A DNA stretch of 64,000 nt from an uncultured Verrucomicrobiota bacterium. Lineage in GTDB: Bacteria; Verrucomicrobiota; Kiritimatiellia; RFP12; UBA1067. The stretch is taken from NCBI GenBank assembly GCA_946544115.1, contig CAMNLW010000002.1, forward strand, positions 6,729 to 70,728. Reading direction: 5' to 3'. The translations under genes and the position numbers were made by a program. Position 1 is the stretch's first letter. Every line of letters begins with the position of its first letter. Positions 57,742-64,000 of the stretch are shown here, in pieces. The notes beneath the pieces were generated by a model. It saw only the letters and a program-made list of their open reading frames with translations. It ran no database searches and was not told where the DNA came from.

Positions 57742-60662
57742 ATCTGCCGCCGCTGACAGTAATAGAAGCCTCCGCGGGAACGGGCAAGACGTTTTCGCTC
57801 GTGACGCATCTTCTTGAATTGATATTTGCAGGTGTCGAGCCAGAGCGGATCGTGGCACTCACATTTTCGCGCATGGCGGCCGGCGAGATTTTCAACAGTT
57901 TCATAGAGCGTCTTGCGCGCGCCGCGGGCGACAACTGCGTGGCGGCGGAAGAGGCGTCGCGTCTTTCACGAAACCTCACCCGCGCCGACTTCGCGGCGAT
58001 GCTGCGAAAGGTCATATCGCGCCAGCACCTGTCGCTCATCGGCACTCTCGACAGCTTTCTGATGCGCATAGTGAGAATGGTGCCGCTTGAGCTGGGTCTT
58101 GGCGGAGAGATTTCGGTCATGAGCGATTACCGAAGCCCTGTGGAACAGCAGCGACTTGTCGGCGAGTTGATGGCGCTCGAAGGCGACGATGCGAAGAGCG
58201 TCCTGCGCGAGGCTTTCCTCCTTACGCTCGGCACCGTCGGCGCGAGCCGCCTTCTTAAGAGTTTTTCGGAGTGCATCGCGCACTGGCACGGGCGGTACCG
58301 CGATCGTCCGGCCGCCGCGCAGTGGGGCGAGCCGTCGGTGATATGGGGCGGCGATCCGCCTGCCGGTCTTGACGTCACGCTGGCGGAGATCCGGGCGTCA
58401 TCGGCGGCGCTTGAACGCTTTCGCGGGAAAAAAGGCGCCGACAAATTCATCGACAGCGTCGCCGCATTTTCCGGCGCGACCCTTCCCGATATGCCAAAAT
58501 GCATGGACGGCGACGTCGATGCGGGCCGCTCGCTCTCCATGATGCGCAGGTGGCGCATCTCCCGGGCTCTCGAGATTACACGCGGCGCCTACAGACTCAT
58601 GCGCGCCTACGACGCGGCGTATGCGTCGAAGATAAGGGCGAAGGGTCTGGTGGCATTCGAAGACATGCCGGTTCTTCTGAAGTCGCTCGAACGCGGCGAC
58701 AGGCTGGCGCTGGAATACAGAATGGACGCGCGCTTCGACCATTGGGCGCTTGACGAATTCCAGGATACGAGCCGCAGCCAGTGGCAGGTGATAGGCGATC
58801 TCATAGACGAGAGCGCGCAGTCGACAGAAGGGAAGACGGTCTTCATCGTCGGCGACAGAAAGCAGTCGATCTACGAATGGCGCGGCGGCGATGTGAGGAT
58901 TCTGGGCGAGGCCGCGGCGAGGGCCTCGCTCCCGGGCAACCGGCTCGTCCCGCTAAACCTTTCGCGCCGCTACCTGCCGGCGATCTCGCGCGCCGTGAAC
59001 CGCGTGTTTGGCGAAGCGACGGTGCAAGGGGCGTTCGACATGGACGACGCGCCATCTGGCGCGAAGTGGCTGTGCCGCGACCATATAAGCCACGATACTT
59101 CACAGGACGGATTTGTGGAGGTGATCGAGGCTCGCAAGAACGGAACGAAGGCGGCGCAATCCGACTTCTTCGAACCGGTCGCGAACGCGCTTATGGCCGT
59201 TCGCCCGTGGGAGCGTGGGCTCACTTGTGCGATACTCGTGAGGAAAAACGCTTTCGGTGAGGCGATTCTGGCCTATCTCAAGTCGCGCGGTATCGACAAG
59301 GTTGTTTTCGAGGGCGAGAGCGGCGTAGCGGACTGTCCGGCGCTGTCGGCAATCGCCGAACTTGTTACTCTGGCCGAACATCCCGCCGATGCCTATGCCT
59401 ACGCGCACATAGTCCATTCGCCACTTGCGCAGGCCCTGTGGCCGGCGGGCATGAAGAATATCGTGGCGACCGCCGCAGAACTTCTTTCGGAGTTCACGAG
59501 GAAGGGTCTTGTGCGCAAACTGCGTGAAGTCCGTGAATCGCTCAAGCGCGTGCCGGATACTTGGAATGCGTTTGTGGAGTCGCGCTTTGAAGACGCGATC
59601 AAGTGCGCCGCAGAGTTTGAAGCGGCGCGCGATTCGCGCACGCGGCTGTCGGATTTCACCGATTACCTCGCGCAGCGCACGCGTCGCGACTTCGCCGAAG
59701 CCGGAATGGTTCGCGTAATGACCATGCATCAGTCGAAAGGTCTCGGCTTCGATTATGTCCTGCTCCCGCTATACGAGCCGGACGGCCTTGTAGATTCGCG
59801 CCACACAGGTCCGCTGGAATCGGAGTCCCCCGACTGGATTGTCGAGAACCCGGGGCCGGATGTCGCCGCGAGCGATGCGACGCTAGGGGCCGCGGAACGC
59901 CGCCGCCAACACGCGGCGCGCTACGGCTCGCTGTGCCTGGACTACGTCGCCATGACGCGTGCGAAGAAGGCGCTCACGCTCATACTGCACCCTGCCAACA
60001 AAAAGCCGCCGGCGGTGCCTGCGAAGTTCAGCGATCTTGCAAGACTGGTTGGTCTCAAAACAGACGGCGACAGGGAATGGTATCTTAAGTCCGCTGCGTC
60101 TCCGGCGGCGCGCGCGGCCGAACCCGCTCGACGCGAAGCATCTGCGCCGCCTCGGAAGCCTCGCGTCGAGATAGCGAAAGTGCGCCCGAGCGAGTCGTTC
60201 TACCGCGGGCTTCGCGGCGACGTGCTGTTTACGGAAGGTTTTGGCGCCGCGGCCATGCACGGAACAGCTGTGCATGAGCGGTTTGAGAAGATCGAGTGGA
60301 TCGATGCTGCGTCGGCGGCAGGCGCGATCGAACGGGAGTTTGTGCGCCCGTCGCCCGATGCGGAGGTGTGGCGCGAAAGAGCATACGAGCGTTACGTGGA
60401 CGGCATATGGGAGTCGGGGCAGTTCGACCGAGTGGTCTTCTGGCGCGACGCGCAAGGACCGCGGGCGAAGATATGTGACTTCAAGACGAACGCCGTACGC
60501 GCCGGCGAGAGCGCCGACGCTTTCGCGGAACGCATGCGAGAAACATACCGTTCGCAGATGGCAGCCTACCGAACCGCGTTGTCGGCTTTGTGCGGCCTTC
60601 CTTCCTCGCGTATAGAACTCAAGCTTCTGCTGGTTGCGACTGGCGCGGTCGTTGAGGTCTAG
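57738..60662 (+). CDS. AddA/RexA-like UvrD-family helicase with C-terminal PD-(D/E)XK nuclease
   Basis: Walker A EASAGTGKTFSL, Walker B LDEFQDTS and VFIVGDRKQSIYEWRGG (motif III). C-terminal ICDFKTNAV nuclease motif. Confidence 0.6.
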   Translation: MNLPPLTVIEASAGTGKTFSLVTHLLELIFAGVEPERIVALTFSRMAAGEIFNSFIERLARAAGDNCVAAEEASRLSRNLTRADFAAMLRKVISRQHLSLIGTLDSFLMRIVRMVPLELGLGGEISVMSDYRSPVEQQRLVGELMALEGDDAKSVLREAFLLTLGTVGASRLLKSFSECIAHWHGRYRDRPAAAQWGEPSVIWGGDPPAGLDVTLAEIRASSAALERFRGKKGADKFIDSVAAFSGATLPDMPKCMDGDVDAGRSLSMMRRWRISRALEITRGAYRLMRAYDAAYASKIRAKGLVAFEDMPVLLKSLERGDRLALEYRMDARFDHWALDEFQDTSRSQWQVIGDLIDESAQSTEGKTVFIVGDRKQSIYEWRGGDVRILGEAAARASLPGNRLVPLNLSRRYLPAISRAVNRVFGEATVQGAFDMDDAPSGAKWLCRDHISHDTSQDGFVEVIEARKNGTKAAQSDFFEPVANALMAVRPWERGLTCAILVRKNAFGEAILAYLKSRGIDKVVFEGESGVADCPALSAIAELVTLAEHPADAYAYAHIVHSPLAQALWPAGMKNIVATAAELLSEFTRKGLVRKLREVRESLKRVPDTWNAFVESRFEDAIKCAAEFEAARDSRTRLSDFTDYLAQRTRRDFAEAGMVRVMTMHQSKGLGFDYVLLPLYEPDGLVDSRHTGPLESESPDWIVENPGPDVAASDATLGAAERRRQHAARYGSLCLDYVAMTRAKKALTLILHPANKKPPAVPAKFSDLARLVGLKTDGDREWYLKSAASPAARAAEPARREASAPPRKPRVEIAKVRPSESFYRGLRGDVLFTEGFGAAAMHGTAVHERFEKIEWIDAASAAGAIEREFVRPSPDAEVWRERAYERYVDGIWESGQFDRVVFWRDAQGPRAKICDFKTNAVRAGESADAFAERMRETYRSQMAAYRTALSALCGLPSSRIELKLLLVATGAVVEV

Positions 60663-60666
60663 CCAA

Positions 60667-61326
60667 CTACCTTATAAGCATCATCATTCCCGGTATCGTG
60701 TTTGTGACGACGCATGCAGGCTCGTAGCCGCGCACGAACGCCATATCGTCGATCTGTATGCGTCGGCCCGTTTTGGTCGTCGCAGGCGGCCATATCAGCA
60801 GTGTCGCCCGATCTATCACATTGGTGAGCAGTATGCAGTGGCGCACGAAGTTCGTGCCGAAAAGCTTTACCACGCCCAGATTATTTGTTGCTTCGCCGTT
60901 GACCCAGGCAATCGCCATTTCGCGACCTTTTACAACAACCTCTTTCGGATGACACCGCGCGGTTATCAGAAGAGACACGCCGTCGGCCATACCCGGGCCG
61001 TTGTATGCAAGAATCCCTGTGCAGTCCTGTTTTGTGTTTGAAAGCTGCAGGACGCCGTTCGTGCCATATGCGACAAAGAGGTTCGTGCTACATGAGAAGG
61101 CGTCGTATTTCGCGTTGGTGTAGAAGTCCGGTCCCAGTTTTTTCGCTCTCGTGTCGCTGCTCGTGAACAGGTTGTCGTTGAAGTCGTATCTGTCGACAGT
61201 CTCGCCTTTTTCTGGAATGAATTCAATGCGTTTCGTGTCCGCCCCCGCGCCGAAGGCGGCGAGCGAGAATGTCGCCAGCATGATAGCCGGCGCGGCGAAA
61301 CGGCGCATGTTCTGGGCAGAATCCAT
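60667..61326 (-). CDS. Secreted hypothetical protein
   Basis: Signal peptide MRRFAAPAIMLATFSLAAFGAGA. First ATG is 9 nt after TGGTATAAT (the track ORF begins at an upstream GTG). No recognisable domain. Confidence 0.4.
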   Translation of the reverse strand: MDSAQNMRRFAAPAIMLATFSLAAFGAGADTKRIEFIPEKGETVDRYDFNDNLFTSSDTRAKKLGPDFYTNAKYDAFSCSTNLFVAYGTNGVLQLSNTKQDCTGILAYNGPGMADGVSLLITARCHPKEVVVKGREMAIAWVNGEATNNLGVVKLFGTNFVRHCILLTNVIDRATLLIWPPATTKTGRRIQIDDMAFVRGYEPACVVTNTIPGMMMLIR

Positions 61327-61396
61327 GTGCACAATTATACCACAACATGGCGTCCTCTGCCCGCAAGGGGTCCATTTTTGATATAATGTAGACCCT

Positions 61397-64000
61397 ATGA
61401 GTCAGAATCTACTTTCAAAGATTGTCGACGGATTGCGCTCCAAGCCGGGCGAACGCTTCTTCACGCGCCTGGACTGGGCGGCTTTCTGGACGGCAACTCT
61501 CGTTACTTTCGCGGTCTATTTCTACACGCTCGGTCCGTCGGTAGGTCTTGAAGACTCCGGCGAACTAGCCACGGCCGGCGCGCATCTCGGAGTGCCGCAC
61601 CCGCCGGGATATCCGTTCTGGACGCTTTGCAGCTGGATATTCTGCAAGCTTTTCTTCTGGGTCACCTACATGGGCCACCCGACGCCCGCTTGGGCCATAA
61701 GCTGTTTCTCCGCCGTCGCGGGTGCGCTCGCTGCGGGCTGCACTGCGATGCTCATATGCCGTTCCGCACGTGATTTCATAGGCGGGTCCGGCGAGGGCGT
61801 CGCCGACTCGCTGTCGCCTGCCATGTCGTTCGGCGGCGGCGTCGCGGGCGCGCTCACCTTCGCTCTTTCGCCGGTAGAGTGGTCGCAGTCGACAATCGTC
61901 GAGATATATTCGCTCAACGCGCTTTTCCTGATGTGGGTGTTTCTTCTTTCATACCGGTGGATGAGAAAGCCGTCCGACAAGATGCTCTTTCTTACGGCGT
62001 TCGTCTTCGGCCTCGGCCTCACCAACTACCAGGTGCTGCTCTTCGCGATTGTCCCGCTCGCGCTCATAATCATGATGACGAACCTGGCGCTCTTCCGGGA
62101 TGTGTTCATATACCTTATTCCCGTGGCGCTCTCGTATCAGGTTCTCAAGATCGGGCAGCTCGTCCGCGCCGACCGCTTCATGCAGGCCGACGCGATCAAC
62201 AAGCACGCGGCGCTCGCATCGACGTCGACCTGCCCCTCCACGTTCTTCATCATTCTCGGCGTCGCGGCGCTTGTCGTCTCGCTCGTCGCGGCGGCGGTGC
62301 TTGACGATTTCGAAAAGCGCCGCAAGGCGGTGCTCTTCGGTGGCGGCGCCGGCGCGACGCTCGTCTTTCTCGCGTCGTTCGTCTTCACCGGCAGGAACGA
62401 CTGGAGCGGCATCTACGCGCCCGTTGCGCCGCTTATCGAGCCGTGGCGCTATGCGCTCATAGCGGCGCTCGTAGCTGCGTCGGTCGTGGCCGCCGCTCTT
62501 GCCGCGCTTGAGAACGCCGACAGGCTCACCGAGCCGAAGCCGCTCAAGCTTCTCGCGATTTCGGCGGGCTTCGCCGTGCTCGCGGTGGTGTTAGCCCTTG
62601 CCGTGCCAATGGCGGGTGACGCGGGGTATATGGGGCCGAAGTATCCGTGGTTCAAGTCGGCGACGGTCTTCTGGCTTCTTCTCGTCGTGCTTTTCGCCCT
62701 CGCCGCGCCGACACAAAAGGGTCTATGCTTCGCGATCCCTGTCGCAGGGATGCACATCGCCCTCTTTGTTCTGCTGCGCCACGGCGCGATGAACGGCCTC
62801 ACCCATCCGCAGAGCTGGTGGTTCGGCTGGCCGATCGCCTGGAACTTCGTGCTCCTCGCGCTCGCCTGGCTCACCCTGCCCAACGGACGCAGTGTCGCGG
62901 GCGCGGCGTTCTTCGCGCAGCTCGGCGTCAGTTTCTACGCCTATATGCCGATCGTCTCAGACCTTCGCAACCCGCCTATGAACTGGGGCTATCCGCGTAC
63001 GTGGGAGGGCTTCAAGCACGCGATCATGCGCGGACAGTACGAAGCGATCGGCGTGCCGACCTTCAAGAGCGCGGGACAGTTTTTCGACTTCTTCTGGAAG
63101 CAGATGGGTCATTACTTCAGCGATGTTAGGCTGCAGTTCACCGACGGCCTGCTGCTGTTCGCGCCGATCCCGTTCATCGCCGGACACTGGGCCGTCGGGC
63201 GGCGCGACAAGAAGGCGTTCTGGCAGTGGATGGGGGCGGCGGCGGCCTGCTTCCTGATGATGTCGTTCCTGCTCATACTGCTCGCGAACGTGAAGGGCGA
63301 CGTGCAGGACGGCTTCATCCAGAAAGTGAAGTTCATATCGTCCCACGCCATGATCGCGCTATGGATAGGTTACGGTCTCGTCTTCGCGTGCGTGCTCGGC
63401 CTGAAGGCCCGGGCCCGTCTCGCCGCCAAGGGGCTGCCGTTCATCAAGAGCGAGCGTCGTTACGTGCTGGGCTTCGCGGTGCTTGCCGTCTGCGGTGCGC
63501 TTATAACACCGATAGTGCAGAACTACACCGACGACCGCATGGTCTTTGAACTCGGCGGATGCGAGCAGAACGGTCACACCTTCGGCTGGCAGTTCGGCGC
63601 CTACCAGCTTGATGGCGCAAAGGCTATAAAGGAGCAGCTTGTCGCCGACGAGGAGCCGCTCCCCGATCCTGACTGGCCCGAGCCGATGGAACCGTTTTCA
63701 ATATTCTTCGGCGGAACCGACCCGGGGCGCTTCGTGCCGACCTACATGATTTATGCCGCCGACTTCCGTCCGGACGTATATCTCATCACCCAGAACGCGC
63801 TTGCCGACGACACCTACATGAGCGTCCAGCGCGATCTCTATGGCGACGAAATATGGATTCCGTCCAAGGACGACAGCGCCGAGGCGTTCAACATATACGT
63901 CGACGAGGTGCAGCGCGGCGTGAGGCAGGCCAACGGCGACCTTAAAATCGAGAACGGAAAGGTCCAGGTCACCGGTGCGCTCGGCGTGATGGAGATCAAC
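61397..64000 (+). CDS. DUF2723 (TMEM260-like) polytopic membrane protein; 3' end beyond the window
   Basis: Open frame from ATG 61397 to the window end (868 aa or more, not in the ORF track because there is no in-window stop). Hallmark GAHLGVPHPPGYPFW motif and many hydrophobic helices. TGATATAAT lies 9 nt before the ATG. Confidence 0.6.
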   Translation, partial: MSQNLLSKIVDGLRSKPGERFFTRLDWAAFWTATLVTFAVYFYTLGPSVGLEDSGELATAGAHLGVPHPPGYPFWTLCSWIFCKLFFWVTYMGHPTPAWAISCFSAVAGALAAGCTAMLICRSARDFIGGSGEGVADSLSPAMSFGGGVAGALTFALSPVEWSQSTIVEIYSLNALFLMWVFLLSYRWMRKPSDKMLFLTAFVFGLGLTNYQVLLFAIVPLALIIMMTNLALFRDVFIYLIPVALSYQVLKIGQLVRADRFMQADAINKHAALASTSTCPSTFFIILGVAALVVSLVAAAVLDDFEKRRKAVLFGGGAGATLVFLASFVFTGRNDWSGIYAPVAPLIEPWRYALIAALVAASVVAAALAALENADRLTEPKPLKLLAISAGFAVLAVVLALAVPMAGDAGYMGPKYPWFKSATVFWLLLVVLFALAAPTQKGLCFAIPVAGMHIALFVLLRHGAMNGLTHPQSWWFGWPIAWNFVLLALAWLTLPNGRSVAGAAFFAQLGVSFYAYMPIVSDLRNPPMNWGYPRTWEGFKHAIMRGQYEAIGVPTFKSAGQFFDFFWKQMGHYFSDVRLQFTDGLLLFAPIPFIAGHWAVGRRDKKAFWQWMGAAAACFLMMSFLLILLANVKGDVQDGFIQKVKFISSHAMIALWIGYGLVFACVLGLKARARLAAKGLPFIKSERRYVLGFAVLAVCGALITPIVQNYTDDRMVFELGGCEQNGHTFGWQFGAYQLDGAKAIKEQLVADEEPLPDPDWPEPMEPFSIFFGGTDPGRFVPTYMIYAADFRPDVYLITQNALADDTYMSVQRDLYGDEIWIPSKDDSAEAFNIYVDEVQRGVRQANGDLKIENGKVQVTGALGVMEIN

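Noticed and set aside
1-64000. CRISPR arrays, rRNA genes and IS/transposase genes
   Set aside because: No regularly spaced short direct repeats with unique spacers, no rRNA-like conserved blocks, and no transposase or DDE-like ORFs were found. The only recombinase is the tyrosine integrase at 37316-38440.

Overview
High-GC (~60%) bacterial chromosomal window spanning the replication-origin neighbourhood, with dnaN, dnaA and a divergent mnmG/gidA. Read from the sequence alone, it contains the following.

- **Left end (1-6.5 kb):** a sugar-handling operon (CaCA antiporter, rhaB-like kinase, hexose-6-phosphate 1-epimerase) joined to an uncharacterised sensory module (CBS pair fused to a GHKL ATPase, two DRTGG proteins, a PHP protein).
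- **6.6-16.4 kb:** one 3254-aa secreted protein that fuses two metzincin-type Zn-protease domains, chitobiase-like and beta-helix regions, a CotH kinase-like domain and a lamin-tail domain.
- **18.6 kb:** a dense cluster of DnaA-box-like repeats. A second box-bearing intergenic region lies between dnaA and mnmG.
- **mnmG:** carries an in-frame 66-bp tandem repeat expansion with a perfect 16-bp palindrome.
- **26-54.5 kb:** two inverted, paralogous operons of giant secreted multidomain proteins (1279-1719 aa each). Domains include thioredoxin-like CxxC pairs, PPC-like repeats, Calx-beta, a putative Ig-like domain, and a shared C-terminal domain. Each operon is headed by a SurA/PrsA-like lipoprotein. 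Each is preceded by a secreted protein whose promoter-proximal ~230-nt leader and signal peptide are near-identical between the two ends. A tyrosine recombinase sits between the two operons.
- **Right end:** CinA-C/PncC, an AddB/AddA-like helicase-nuclease pair, a secreted hypothetical protein and a partial DUF2723 membrane protein.

Many genes carry an extended -10 (TGnTATAAT) only 3-13 nt before the start codon, which points to leaderless or near-leaderless mRNAs. No rRNA, tRNA or CRISPR was found.
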